The translations under genes and the position numbers were made by a program. DNA of 64,000 nucleotides from Psilocybe cubensis (lineage: Eukaryota): the NCBI GenBank assembly GCA_017499595.2, contig CM038999.1:744001-808000 (forward strand), read 5' to 3'. Below the pieces are notes generated by a model, which saw nothing but the letters and a program-made list of their open reading frames with translations, was not told the origin of the DNA and did not search any database. Positions 11,645 through 26,533 of the stretch are shown one piece after another (within the stretch, counting starts at the first letter, position 1; each line of letters begins with the position of its first letter).

Positions 11645-13953
11645 TGCATGGGAAGTACGTTGGGGACCACTGAAGACGAAAAGAAGACGTCAACTCTGTA
11701 CGTTTACTTTTAGTATAAGATCAAACCACCCCATTTTCCGAGTTAAACTGAAATAATGCTAAACGTAAGGGGCCGAAACTTGATGTGATGGCAGCGCGCT
11801 CGCCGTTCGGCCCATGTCACTTACCGAAACGAGTATAACTAGTCCGCATTACCAGCGGAGTCAATAATACACATTACACACTGATCATAATCCTCGTCAG
11901 AACAATCCAACACACAAAAATTGACTCTTGTACTCACTCACAACAGTGAGAAACTGTTATCTTGGTTGCTTAATGAGGCTTCCTTGTAGAGATCTTCGGA
12001 GTTATCGACAACGCGAAAATATCTCATTGCCCAAAATACGCATTCCTAGATCGGAAACAGATGTCGCATCAAAGTCGTTGACAGGGATGATTCACTATGC
12101 GAATGTGCCTTCAAGCCATCAAAAATCCCTTCAATGAGGCGGTTCAAGGATATGCATTTCAATACTCATAATCTATAACATCCAGAGGCGGTGCTTGGAT
12201 CTTCAAGATAGAGTACGGATGTCCAGTGTCTGGCCGAAGATTATGATAATGATGGAAAGGTTCAAGAGCCTCGTGCCTCGGCCTGTGATTTTGGAAGTCA
12301 CAAACTGGCAAATACACAGGCAAACAAACCCCACAACCTCCCTCCGACGCGGCAGATTTGAAAGCGGTTGATGGCGCGGCGCGCCCCGCCGACGCCAAGC
12401 GTTTTAGCTGGTGAGCGCGTTGATTTGGTCGGTCAACCAGACAGTGTCGCTCTCGGAAAAGCTAACCTTGAATTTACCTTTCATACTTTCTTATCCCTTC
12501 TTATGGGAGTCGGGGAGCACGGCTGCCAATGCTAAGTACTAAAGCCTCGGGTACCCATTTGCAATTTATGTTTAGAGTAGCTTCTACACCTGTGCAATAT
12601 ACATATGGTCTACTACGTTCAGTTTAAGTTTATCCATTGATGATGATTGCATTTATTCAATTTCAGCGACCACTTCGTGATGTGTTAATCATAGATTTCT
12701 TCCTCTTGTGATTATACGGCCACAGAGCTTGCGTTTGTCAGTAGTCTTTTGAACTGTCCCATCCCACAGGTTGTCGAGGTGTCACCGCTCTATGCCACCG
12801 CGTATGGACCGCGCTTTTCAGACGCGGAGGTACACGGTAAGAGGGATTAACCTCAGGTAGTAAATTCAATAAGTATGCACTTATAATGTGGGACAGACTG
12901 CAGACTATTAATTCATTATCACTGAGACTCCGGCCTTGATTTTATCTATAAGAGCTAGCAATCTAAATACATTGAGGCGGCCATGATGTGCAATGAGAGT
13001 AACACATAAAATATGTTACTCTGTCATAAATTAATTTATCAACGTAGGCTGCTAGTGAAGGATCTAATGTATGCCTCTAACGATGAGTTAACTCACGGTC
13101 ACTGACCCCGAGATGGCGGAAAACATTGACCACGTAGTAACAAATTATTGAATCGGCATTCGGGGGCGTTTTAAAAAATTCCTTCTGCTGTCCCGGAACC
13201 ACTCAACCCAGATACTGACTCGATAGATATTTCCAATGATCTGATTGAGCAGCAAAGAACATACATTAGTTACTGAGTTGACGGCACTCATACTGATTGT
13301 GGTTCACAATTGAATTGAAAACTGTCAGCAGGGATATTAGGGAGTGATAATCGATGCAGTGTACATTTCACACCCGATATTTCTGCCGTGTATCGTAAAC
13401 AGAGTCTGCGCAGTAAAGTAAATTCTTGCGGCGATGGAGAATAATGGGAAGATGATCAACGCTGAGGTGATGAAATGATGGAGATGATAACATGTAACCT
13501 AAAATTAGAATGATCATTGGCATACCGCGCCCTGAGTACTTTGATTCTTAGCACCAGGAAAGGGCATGTTTCGTAATTTATAGTACTAAACCATTGCAGA
13601 ATATCGTGTATTTATCCAGACTATGTACAAAGTATGAAAACGGAATTCGAAGGCGATCAAGGGCATGTGTACCGAAGTTACAACGTTCTTTTTACAAGCA
13701 TTTCACGTTGATTTCACGTTCTTTAGAAGTCGTATGACATAGCTTCATCAAGAATAAGCACTTTTGATATGATACTCCACCCTACGGCCTGCCTGTAATC
13801 GGCATTGGTTCGGCACGGAGGTGAGACCATCGGCAGATGGCCATATATAGTACATTTTCGGCATAATTTCAATTGTAACCGGATGGCCGAGGCTTGAGGT
13901 TGGTTGCATAGCCGCAGAGCCACCTTTCCACACTTCCATCGTCGACGACGACA

Positions 13954-16847
13954 ATGTCGTCCTTAACACCCTCTGCAACGTCTGCGGTGGCGGCAGCGTC
14001 ATCATCTGCCGCCAATAAAACACTATCAGCGGGTTCCAACCTCAAGGCAAGCCAAAACCAAGCTAAAGAACTGTGTCTCTTGGGTCGAGCTCATATATCG
14101 TGTTGCGGCAGATTGTTGGCATTATCCTGGCTATTACGAGCGGTCTTCTCATCGGCTCTAGTTTTGTATTCAAGAAGAAAGGTCTACTTCGCTCGCAGGC
14201 GGGCGGAGAGTTGGGTGAAGGTGTAGCATATCTGAAATCGGTGCGTTCAGTTCAACTTTGTCTGGTTGGTCGCTTATGACGTTGTTTGGTAGCCACTATG
14301 GTGGTTAGGGATGAGCAGTGAGTGGGAAATCGACTGAAGTGAACCGATCTGACTGTCTTTAGTGATGATTCTTGGAGAAATTTGTAATTTTGCAGGTGTG
14401 TTCTTGCCAAATCTCCTTTACTGTTCATGTCTCAACTCCCTTGCAGCATATGCATTTGTAGAGGCCATCGTTGTTGTACGCACGCTCAATCCCCCATCTT
14501 ACCACTCTTCGCTTAATTCTAAACCTTCTAGACGCCGTTAGGTGCACTATCTGTCGTTGTCTGCGCTATCTTATCCTCTATATTCCTCAACGAGAAGCTT
14601 TCTTTCTTTGGTTGGTTGGGATGCGCTCTGTGTATAGTGAGTACCCGTCCTTTTCCGTGTACAATACCTATGCTTATGCATATCAGCTCGGGTCTGTCAT
14701 CATTGCACTGAACGGTAAGCTCCTCCGAATCCAGTGCCACTTTCTCTAAAAATAGTCTCCTCTTAGGCCCAAAGGAAGAGACTGTCGGCCAAATAAAAGA
14801 GTTCCAGAAACTCTTCCTAGCACCCGGTTTCCTAGCCTTCATCTCGGTCCTGATAGTCACCTCTCTCGTCATTGTGTTCTATTTTGCTCCAAAGTGCGTA
14901 GCGACCGTAGTTTATTGTTTCTCGTATTCACCCTTTTCAGGTATGGCAAAAAGAGCATGCTGTGGTATATTGCTGTGTGTAGTATGATTGGTGGCATCTC
15001 CGTCAGTGTCACCACTGGTCTCGGGGCGGCCATTGTACAAACAGCCATGGGCGACAATCAGTTCAAGCACTGGTTTATGTATTTCTTGTTCGGATTTGTG
15101 GTTATTACCCTATGTATGTGGACTGTTCCTTTTACTCGTTGTAATATCCTCTGATCCATTTTTAGTGGTAGAAGTCTATTACCTTAATGTCGCACTTGCT
15201 TTGTTTAATACTGCTATGGGTAAGCTTAATTTACTCAAACTGCGGCCATCGTATCCCGTCAACTCATTTCATTCCAGTAACGCCAACATACTATGTCGTC
15301 TGTACGTGGTGTTCTTCATTTGATAGATGAGCTTCACTCATAAGATTTCTACAGTCACCTTCTTCTCAATGGTTACAACGATCGTAAGACACGTGTTTTG
15401 CCGATCATTCGCACAACGTATTCTAAATTGATAAATCTAGGTCCTCTTCCAAGGTCTCGAAGCCAGCCCAACACAAATTATTACCCTAGTGATGGGCTTC
15501 CTGGTTATCTGTCTAGGCATTACGATTCTTCAGATGTCGAAGGTCGATCCCGAGAAACTCTCTAACAAGCTCGATCGACGATCAACAATGTTGCTGCGCG
15601 CGGCAAGTGTCCACACAGATCATATGGATGAGAAGGGCGGAATGAGTGCATACGAGGATCCGGGAATGGATGCGCTGAGAGGGTCCTTTGGCACAGTGGG
15701 TAGCATCATCCGGGCGAGGACAGTCAAGCGAATGAGTCAACGGATGAGCCATCAAAGCGGCGGAAGCCACCTGCGCATGCGTCCGCCTGGTGCTGCTGCG
15801 CCGTACGACGCTACCACATCATGGATGAGCTCAGCAGGCCTCGGTCCAGGAGACAGCCTCAACCGGCGGCATGGCGAAAGCATGATCGGCGGGATGCAAC
15901 GACATCAGTTGTACGATGCTCCGGTGCCTAGAGATGACGCTTCGTCGATACGCGCAGGATCTGTGTACTCCCAGAATCAGACCCAGTCTCAATTGATGAG
16001 CAAGAAACCAACGATCAAGTTCGACAGCCAGGAGATCGTGCACTCATATAGTCGGCCTGGGCAACCGCAGAGTCCAGCAACGCACGAGCACCGCCAGGCT
16101 ATCCATGGCTCTATGATTGTTCACGATGGGTATCCCCCGCTGCCACCACTACCTCCACATTCAACGCCGGACCCATCACCACGGGCAAGCGCCGTTCCTG
16201 AGGCTAGCTCAACAACAGCAGGTGAAGGTGTTCTGTTTGAAATGGACAGCCCTGAGATTCCACGAGGGACAGCTGGGATGAAGCTACCCCTGCTAGGCGG
16301 CGACAAGGATCTGGATGATAATCAGACACTGCTTATGCCGCCATTATTGAGGAACGAACATACAGTGCACAGCGCACCTCCGACGATGTACCGTGTCGTG
16401 CCCCGGCCTGGTGCTGTGGGTATGGCTCATCAACAGCATCAACTACCTACGAGGAAGGATTCGCGAGATATCTTTGACCAAGAGCGCTTGAGCACAGTTG
16501 CCACGAGAGGGACTTTGCTCTCTTTCCCTTCTGTGACGGACTCTTCACCTAGTGACTGGGAAGACGACTTTTCACGAGCCGATGCTCCTAGTGAAACCTC
16601 CCGGCCAGGTGGGTTGGCCGGAAAGGCTAAGGAAGATAAGGCCAGGGATCGGTCGAAGGAAAAAGGTTCACGGACACCGAAGAGATACCCCAAGGGTCTT
16701 GATGATGATGACTTGGAGGAGAGCCAGCGACTATGGCAAAAGGCGACGAGCGCGGAGAACAGCCTAGAAAATTCAGAAGAAGGGACAATCTTACCACCCC
16801 CGGAAGGCAGCATACGACTGGTGCAACCGCGGAAAAACATGATTTAG
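13954..16847 (+). CDS. NIPA-family (DUF803) magnesium transporter with a long disordered C-tail
   Basis: [83 protein letters not shown]. Many short exons; the last exon includes ORF 15489-16847. Confidence 0.92.
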
Positions 16848-17929
16848 AAAACTAATTGTTTCCTTGCTCTCGTTCTCTATTCCTCCTTGTTTATTCCTTT
16901 GGGGCCATTGTCAAGCAATTTATGTTCCAACTCTGCATCAAAGTCATTGCATCATTCGCATTCTTCTACATACCCTATTTCGCTGCATTTCACTACACTC
17001 TTGATGGCGACCATAAGCAATGAAATTCAGGCACTTCATCTCCGTGGTCGCCTGTCTGAATCAACCGAGCGATATCATTGCTGCCATCCGACTGACGGAA
17101 CCAACTCAACCCCATCCTAACACCACACCACCTATCGGGCATATCCCATTCGACCATACATTCTCGAATGCAAACACCCTACAGCCGTACTGTTTTTCGC
17201 AGTCGAATAACGCATTTTTAATGATCTAGCTACGAACTCATGATTCGATCTCCATTAAGATCTTTTCTCTTTGGAACTTTTTATTTCCTTCTGTTCTTCT
17301 CCCTCTGTTTTTTTTTTTGTGATTACTCATGTAGCTTGTATTTTGTTCATGTTTTACTGGCGTTGTTAATCGGACAACTTACTCCTGGAAGTGGATCGAG
17401 ATTGAAGTTCATTAAAAACAAGGTCTAAATTCTGGTCAAGTATGCATGGAACTAACTGTGGAATCTTTGATGATTATCTGGTTTTATCTCATACAGCCAC
17501 CCTGTGAGTAGCCTTTGATTCTCAGAAGTCAGCCAAACTCAGAACTGCTCATTCCCTGATAGCACGTCTTATTCCAGCTTTAAAATAGATTGAGATATCT
17601 ATGACGTTTTATCAAAATTACTCATCCGGATAAACTCGAGTGGTATACAGATTTGGAAACAACTTGCTATCTGCTGTGACTTGTAGCCAATTTTGAAAAA
17701 AATAGGATTGGTCAGTCAAAATCTGGGAATGATTAGTTAGCAGCAGTCGGCCAGAAAGTCGGGTCCATCGTACGTTTCTCCAGCGGTGGGAAGTATGAAT
17801 AATTCCCAAAGCAACGCACCCGGAAGGGTATATTCCGGGAGAGGGAAACACAGTAATATAAAACCCTTCCCGCTATACAAAGGTCCTGGCTACCTTAAGG
17901 TTTCTTCCCAATCCCACCAGGTTCACTGA

Positions 17930-19351
<1,422 letters not shown>

Positions 19352-20637
19352 GTATATAGGCTATTAGACTAGGGCTTTTGAAGGTAAATGAAACAAGTTA
19401 GGCTGATATAAATGAGGCCTCACTTTTCCCAGTCGACTCAATTTCATGTGAAATTCATCGATTCCGTGAAGTTCAGCTGGCACACACCGAGTAGGATATT
19501 GAGCACGCTACATGACTCCCGGAAGACTTGAACAGACGCAAAATGTTTTAGAAAGCGATGCCATATGTATTCTCAAAAAATCAGCTTACGGTCGTCCACA
19601 GGCAGATAGGCCAATCCATTTCTCCAGAATATTTTTTAATCTTGTGCGAAAGTAATATTTCTTGTCATCTCGTATATGGCTATACTTCATTTTAATTCAT
19701 CTTAAATTTGACTGACATTCCAAGATGAATGTCTGAAGTCTGTATAGTCAAGAAATTCAGCACGAATGACCGTCCAGAAAGCGTCATAAAATCTTGGTCC
19801 TAGTGAATTTGGTGGTGAATTTGAGAATACACACTATCAAAGCAGACAGACCGCCTTGAACAGAACAGACAGATCTTTCGTTCGAGCTCTGAAACAACTC
19901 TATTCAGACGCACCGAGAACTGCAAGTCAGATTTACGCTCTCTCAACACGACTACTCCAACATCCAGCTCTGGAAATTCGTTCCTTGATATAAATCATTG
20001 GCCTTTTGATGCAAGTTAAACGCTCATGGGCAGTCACTAAAGCACATGTAATTTTTACCGCTTGTCGTAAGTTGGAGGTGATTTGGAGTCAAAAAGATGT
20101 GGAACGAGTGCTACTTGGACTTCCGCGCAGTACAGCCAAAGCAATTTAAACGGATTTTTTCGGACAGGGTAGTGTTTAGAGGTAGAAATTCTGATAGGAA
20201 AGCAACGTGAATATGAAAGCAAAGGAATGCTGGAGAAAAGGAATAGCCAAAAGTTAGCCTCAGTGGGGCTGAGTCAAGAGAGTTGTTCGCGACTGTGACG
20301 CCAGAGTCGTGACTCGTGACATACTCTCCGACTCTGATGTACCGGGTTCCCGGTCCGTCTACCACGTGATACATCCTCGTTTACCCCTCCTTGCCACGAA
20401 TCGATGCAACATTCACCTTGCGTTCACCACAATCTTGCGTTTTAGGTCTTTCTAGTTATTGCCATCGTATACCCTTTAAATTATTGCTCTCTATAATTTT
20501 TAGGGTATCATCGGCACTGTAACAAAAGGGAACAGCGTTGAAAAACCCCGTTTCGTGTCAAGGGGCATCCGAGAACCACTATCCACCCAATTGAACGGAA
20601 TACCACCGCGGCAGCACACCCTTAGAGCGACATAACT

Positions 20638-21552
20638 ATGTCGCCACTAATCACCATATTTCTTCTGGTCTTTATTGGTCAACTGGTAACGTGGATAGGC
20701 AAGACCGTCTTGCTAGACATCGTGCGTCATGGCTTTCATTTTTATATTTTCAAAGAGAGCTGACGGGATATGCCTTCTGGCTTCCAACTTTTCATTGGGA
20801 TATCTTCTCCTTAATAACAACATACTTTTGACATTCATAGGCATATAACGCGTACCTCTGGGTGATTCGTTCGCCTTTGGCAGCGCGCCAGCGTGCTCTC
20901 AAAACGCAAATCATGGCGAACAAGACAGAGCTGATGAAAACAAGCGCTCAAGACCAGTTCGCCAAATGGGCGAAGCTAAGGCGGAGTGTTGACAAAGGTC
21001 TCGCGGACCTGGAGAAACTTAGTGCGTTCTTCAGTTCCTGCCAGCGGTTCTCGTCTAACACTTCAGTTACAGACTCTGAAATCGCGTCTGCTAAATCGGG
21101 GTTCGCCATGAAATTCAACACTGCTCTCTGGCTCTTAACCACAGGGTTGCAGTTTGTGGTGGGGTGGTGGTACCGAAAGCAACCCGTCTTTTTCCTTCCT
21201 GAAGGATGGTTCGGCCCCCTGGGATGGTGGTTGGCTTTGCCATTCGCACCAGCGGGTTAGTTTCTATCTTTTATGATGGTCACGTATAAACTTACTGGAA
21301 TATGTATCCATCTCCACAGGCTCCGTGAGTGTTGGCGTGTGGCAAATGGCATGTCGACGCGTAATTGTGGTTGGTGAAAGAGTGGTGAAGGATTTTATTG
21401 GTACAGTTTGCTTATTTCACTTTGTTAGCAACCCCACTGACATTTTCCTCCTTGCAGGACCATCGACTGTCTCAGCTGACCCTTCAGAGAAAAGTGCCAC
21501 ATCTACTCCAAACAATACGCCCAAGAAAGAGAGCGAGAAGAAGGATTCTTGA
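20638..21552 (+). CDS. GET1: Get1/WRB (CHD5-like) ER insertase receptor for tail-anchored proteins
   Basis: N-terminal [24 protein letters not shown], coiled coil with [47 protein letters not shown]. Confidence 0.92.
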
Positions 21553-22721
21553 TATGTGGATAGGCATTTTGATCCAATTCTGTGCAGTAATGCACGCGGA
21601 CTTCCAGGGCCGTTTACCTTAACGCTACCATCATCTACTTTGGGTTTATGTAGAGGCGATCGCATTATACGGTTTGCAACACTTTGTGAGGCGAAGGCTG
21701 GCTTAAATTATTGTAACGTGTACTCCTTGTAATACTTCGGGAAGGAGAAGTTGTTTTACAACCTAGTGCATTAATTACTGCTCTTTGTATTGCGGCGCCC
21801 TAATTCAGTGTTGGTGTTTGGTGTTGCGGGTTCCACCAACCTACCGACGCTCATAATCTCAAATCCCAACTTGTTACCCACAGGCAATGTGACATACGGC
21901 TATTTGGTGTAACCTTGGTGCAACAACAAGCTGACCTTGAGGTGTCCGGTTTCGGACCTTCCGGACGGCTTAAATGCTTCTTTCAGTTGTCCTCTTCTAT
22001 CATCGCTTGTCATCCCCGTGCTACAAAGCATTAAAAACAATGTATTTTCAAACGGTTTCTGCTCTTCCGCAATCTAATTAGCTTTTCCTGGCTTCACCAG
22101 ATCATTGGACGACACTGGACTCATTGTTGGTTATCGAGTCTAATTATGTCTTTTCCAAAACGACGGTACCGGATGCTGCTTATCATGGAAGAACGAACCA
22201 GAACAGCACACGTTGTGGCTGATTGAATTAGGAATGGGGCATTGTCGACGTTTTGGGGCACGGACCTATGTCATGAGGACGAAGCTGGTCGAAGAAGACG
22301 GTCAACACGTTACGACTCCTCCAGCCCTTGACGACGCGGTGCATACGCAGCTCTTTTATTGGTTCACAATTGGTTCATGACAGTTCTGCGTTATTGTATC
22401 CGTTTGTCTGACATTCTTCAAGAGACTTGTTGACGACACAATGGACCTTGGAATCTGTATTCTTTTCTACATGGAGACTCATCATGCACGAGGACGACTG
22501 GACGTCCGGACGCGGAAGAAGTAGTGGGACATACTATAAGTACACCGGTGGCCTTCTCCGACCCGATATCATCCATCTTTCCTACGCTCTCTTCTGTCTT
22601 TCCAACTAAACACCTTTGAATTTTTTACCTTTTCTCTGCGGTGAGTCGCTTTTTGAAATTGTGGAATTTGATGGGTTCGAATCCTTAATTTGCTTTTTTA
22701 TTAGATATCTGTGGCCTTATC

Positions 22722-24407
22722 ATGGCGGAAATTTCAGAACCCGCACTTGACAAATCTGCTGCTGTTGAAGAAGGCACAACGACTGTGGCAAATGAAGGCG
22801 ACAATGCGTACGAGGAACATGTTCAGCAAGGTCCTGAGAGCAAACGAACCCTCCCAGAACTACCAACGGAAATATGGCGAGAAGTATTTCAACAAATTAC
22901 CATTCCTCCTAGAACAGTGTTTTTGTCGAGGACAGAAGCTCCATTGTCGTTATTACACACTTGCCGCAAATGGCGAGTTCTAGCTCTTCGTACTCCAGCA
23001 CTCTGGGCAGAAATCAATATCCGTGTGAAGAAAACCTCAGAGGCCGCTCCAGACACGTCCTATACGAAAATTTACCCAAGGCCCGAGATCCTACGTCTCA
23101 AACTTGCAGCCTCAGCAAGACACCCTCTTTCTATCTCTATTTCGCCTGCCGCAGGACCTCCATATATCGAGGAGGAGGATATTACTGCAAAAAGCGTATT
23201 TATGTTATTCAGGGGATTGTTTATGACATCGCCGCGTTGGAAACGCTTGAGCCTGAGGCTCCCAGGTATGAGCTCCGGATACTTTTTATCACACTTCAAA
23301 GTGGTTTCACAGTTCCCCGAGTTGGAAACATTCTCCTTGTCGACTACTTATTCCATGAAGAAGCGGATTCCTAGTTCGCCACGATTTGGAAATTTTGTGG
23401 CAGATCGATGCTTCCCCTCTCAGTTTTGGACACACTCACCAAAGCTGAGAAAATTGGATCTAGACATCACAGTATCCGGACCCAGATTCCTTGATCCTCC
23501 TCCCCGTCATCCCCCTCCATTGACTGGTTGGGCAACCTCCGCTTCACGTATTCCCTTCCAACAGCTTACTGAGTTGACACTTGATGGTGGCGAACTACAG
23601 ATTATCACTATGGAAGAGCTCTTCGAAATCATCCAGGTGGCCCGGGAGTTAGTTACATTTAAAGCGCTCCACGTTAGGACCAGGAGTGACCAACCTGAGT
23701 ACGTAGATCCCACGCCTTGTCTGCCGCATCTTCGCTATTTGGAGCTGGAAATATGCGGTATGGATCAGGATGCGTTCGACCCTATTGATGACGAACATGT
23801 CTCTATTACCGTGATTCTTTCTTATTTCAGTGCCCCATCTCTCGTCGATCTGAGGTTGGGCTGGGACGACAGACTAGATCTAGAGAGCCTTGGTATCTTT
23901 TTAGAAAGATCAGGATGTTCTCTGGAGACATTTGCCTTGAATGACTCTCCGATCGAGTCTGATGACCTGATCGCCTGCCTTAAGCTCCTCCCAACAGTTA
24001 AATCATTTATTCGCACTATGCTTTGTCCACTGGGGAGTAACCCGTATGCACCGGAGTGGACAAGGCTACGAGAATTCGCCGAGTGGGATGACGAGACATC
24101 TCAATTTGCCTTGTGTCCTCTCTTGGAGGAGATTACAATAGACGCTGGTTCCCTTGAACTAGAGGACGAGGGCACTGAAGACGAACTGAACCCTGACGAA
24201 GTCGACGATGGATACTTCTTTTGGGAAATGGTCAAGTGCCGTTTGGAACGTAGTCAGTTACCGGACGGCACAAGTCGCTTCAAAAAGGTGACGCTGACAG
24301 GAAAAAATCGACGGCCTATCCCCGAGTACGAAATGCTCGAAAAGCTACGCCTTCCTCCGTTTAACCTGAACCTGGTGGAGATCAAGGACTGGCCTAATGG
24401 TCTATAA
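22722..24407 (+). CDS. F-box-like domain protein (Agaricomycete-expanded type), intronless CDS, 561 aa
   Basis: LPELPTEIWREVF...PLSLLHTCRKWRVLALRTPALWAEI, followed by degenerate LRR-like segments and LCPLLEEI. Probable 5'UTR intron at 22641-22704. Confidence 0.85.
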   Translation: MAEISEPALDKSAAVEEGTTTVANEGDNAYEEHVQQGPESKRTLPELPTEIWREVFQQITIPPRTVFLSRTEAPLSLLHTCRKWRVLALRTPALWAEINIRVKKTSEAAPDTSYTKIYPRPEILRLKLAASARHPLSISISPAAGPPYIEEEDITAKSVFMLFRGLFMTSPRWKRLSLRLPGMSSGYFLSHFKVVSQFPELETFSLSTTYSMKKRIPSSPRFGNFVADRCFPSQFWTHSPKLRKLDLDITVSGPRFLDPPPRHPPPLTGWATSASRIPFQQLTELTLDGGELQIITMEELFEIIQVARELVTFKALHVRTRSDQPEYVDPTPCLPHLRYLELEICGMDQDAFDPIDDEHVSITVILSYFSAPSLVDLRLGWDDRLDLESLGIFLERSGCSLETFALNDSPIESDDLIACLKLLPTVKSFIRTMLCPLGSNPYAPEWTRLREFAEWDDETSQFALCPLLEEITIDAGSLELEDEGTEDELNPDEVDDGYFFWEMVKCRLERSQLPDGTSRFKKVTLTGKNRRPIPEYEMLEKLRLPPFNLNLVEIKDWPNGL

Positions 24408-25030
24408 TTTCTAAACCCAAGTGCCTCTCCTGTGATTTTTGATATTTTACTTGACTCGTTTGATTATCAGCAGGCTGCGACCCGCTACAACCCAAAGGAT
24501 AATAATGATACAAATCAGATTCAAATCTATTCTGCAGTGCCTTGATCTTGCAATACGTAGTGTTACATGTTTTCAGTTTTAGGACCTTTGAGGTCACAAA
24601 AACCTGGGTTATTTGAAATCGAGCTGGGTTTCAAACATTAATATCCAGCTTAGTTACCATGACCAAGATGATATAATGATAAGCCACCAACTTGGCTCGA
24701 GGGACCACCTCACCGTTATACAGCTACAGCCATTTGGCATAAAAATCAGGGGCCTTCAATTTCTTTGCGAAGTGGCCTGCTCTCATCACATCACGTATCC
24801 ACTTCGCTCGAGTCTTCAAGCTAGGTCAAGCAGACGGCAACGATGGACCACCACTTTCGGAACAAAGGGCTCGCAAAGGGGTAGTAGGACCTGACCGAGT
24901 CAAGGTGTTCGCTGTGGTCTAAGCACAGGATCTCTGTGATACTTAAAGCGCCCCTTGAGAAGCTTTGAAAACTTGATTGAATATTTTCCCGCCCTAGAAT
25001 CTTGTCCCTTGTCAATCGCGTCTCGTGAAC

Positions 25031-26533
25031 ATGTCTGTAATGCCCCCCAACTATATCCTTCCGCCGGAGATTCTGAACGAAATATTCCTTCTGGCTCTTC
25101 CGCACGCAAAAAGGGGAAATTATGACGCGTTACCGACAGAAGATCACACTGCCGTTGCGGTCTCGCAAACCTGCAAATTCTGGAGGCAAGTCGCACTCGA
25201 AAGCAGCGCCCTTTGGACGGAGATATACATACAACTTCTCGTTATCCAAATGCCTCAAGGTGGCCAGGATCGCGTGGTCACGTTTCCTCGACTGGATGTG
25301 GTCGATTTGTGGTTAGAACGGTCGAAGCAACGGCCATTGACGATCGTCGTAGATGGTGCCTCTAGCGATTGGCAACTGCCTGAACTCCTTTCTCGGCTAC
25401 TGCGAGAAATACATAGATGGAGGAACGTCGATTTCCAGATTGGAAACTTGGACAAGTGCGTTCTTGGAGCTCTCCAGGACCCCATCTGCGCGCCCAAGCT
25501 GGAGGCATTTTCCCTACGAACCAATATCAGCTTTGAAGGTTCAGACTTAGTATCAGCTTTGCCGTTGGAAATATGGAACGAATCCCCTCTGCTGCGACAG
25601 TTTACCCTCGTAGCCGGTGTTGTAAACAGCGACTCAGAAACTTATTTCCTCAACTGGGCTAAAGCGGTGGTTTCGGGTATACCGTGCAGTCGATTAACCC
25701 ATTTGTGTATTGGAGGACCTATAGGCGGAAAGGAAAGGTTAAGCATTTCCGAGGCGATCTCCATCTTGTCTATGGCCAGCAACCTCATCTCCTGCATCCT
25801 CACATCCGTCGCTAATCACGACAACCCTGTCCGACCAATTGTAAGGAAAGAAAAACTCATACGTCTGGAGAACCTCGAGAATCTGTCTATCACAGCGAAC
25901 CACCGCTTGGGCTTGCACTCGACGAATGCAGCAATCCTCGGACCGCTGCAAGTGTCACTTATCCTGTGTTTTGTCTCGATGCCGAACTTAAAATCTTTGG
26001 TACTGGTGGACAAGCAGTTTTGGCTCGATCCAAGCCTTGGACCGCTTGTCCGACGTTTTGGCTGCAAGCTCCAGGAATTGGTCCTTCATGTTCTCTGCGA
26101 ATCGCATGATGTCATCGAATTCCTGGTTGCGTCCCCTGAATTAACTCAGTTGTGCGTATGGAATGCCGAAGACGTCTTTCTTTCCGAGCTTGTTAGGTTT
26201 GCCAAAGAGGAATACCAGCTCGACCTCAGAAGGGATCTATGCAACAAACTAGAGAAGCTCGCCCTGGGAAAAGGCATATACAATGCAGAGGTGCTTGCAA
26301 GTATAGTGTTTGGCGATACAAGAGTATCTAGCAAGGAGCGAAAAGGTTGGCCTTTGCAAAGTTTGATAATACTAGACGAGCATGCGGAGGATTCTTCGGA
26401 GGGAGAGGAAGTGGTCTCGCATAACTTAGACTTGGACTGGCTTGATGGTCTCCAGCCAAAAATCGAAGTCGACATTATACCTCTCAGCGACTACATCGTG
26501 GAATGGGTCAATGAATATACGGGGAGAAGATAG
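25031..26533 (+). CDS. F-box-like domain protein, intronless, about 500 aa
   Basis: LPPEILNEIF...VSQTCKFWRQVALESSALWTEI...LWLERSKQRPL. First ATG at 25031; the ORF track starts at an upstream GTG. Confidence 0.85.
   Translation: MSVMPPNYILPPEILNEIFLLALPHAKRGNYDALPTEDHTAVAVSQTCKFWRQVALESSALWTEIYIQLLVIQMPQGGQDRVVTFPRLDVVDLWLERSKQRPLTIVVDGASSDWQLPELLSRLLREIHRWRNVDFQIGNLDKCVLGALQDPICAPKLEAFSLRTNISFEGSDLVSALPLEIWNESPLLRQFTLVAGVVNSDSETYFLNWAKAVVSGIPCSRLTHLCIGGPIGGKERLSISEAISILSMASNLISCILTSVANHDNPVRPIVRKEKLIRLENLENLSITANHRLGLHSTNAAILGPLQVSLILCFVSMPNLKSLVLVDKQFWLDPSLGPLVRRFGCKLQELVLHVLCESHDVIEFLVASPELTQLCVWNAEDVFLSELVRFAKEEYQLDLRRDLCNKLEKLALGKGIYNAEVLASIVFGDTRVSSKERKGWPLQSLIILDEHAEDSSEGEEVVSHNLDLDWLDGLQPKIEVDIIPLSDYIVEWVNEYTGRR

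Noticed and set aside
22673-22684. GGGTTCGAATCC, resembling a tRNA T-arm / B box
   Set aside because: No acceptor stem, D-arm or anticodon arm; it lies inside a probable 5'UTR intron.
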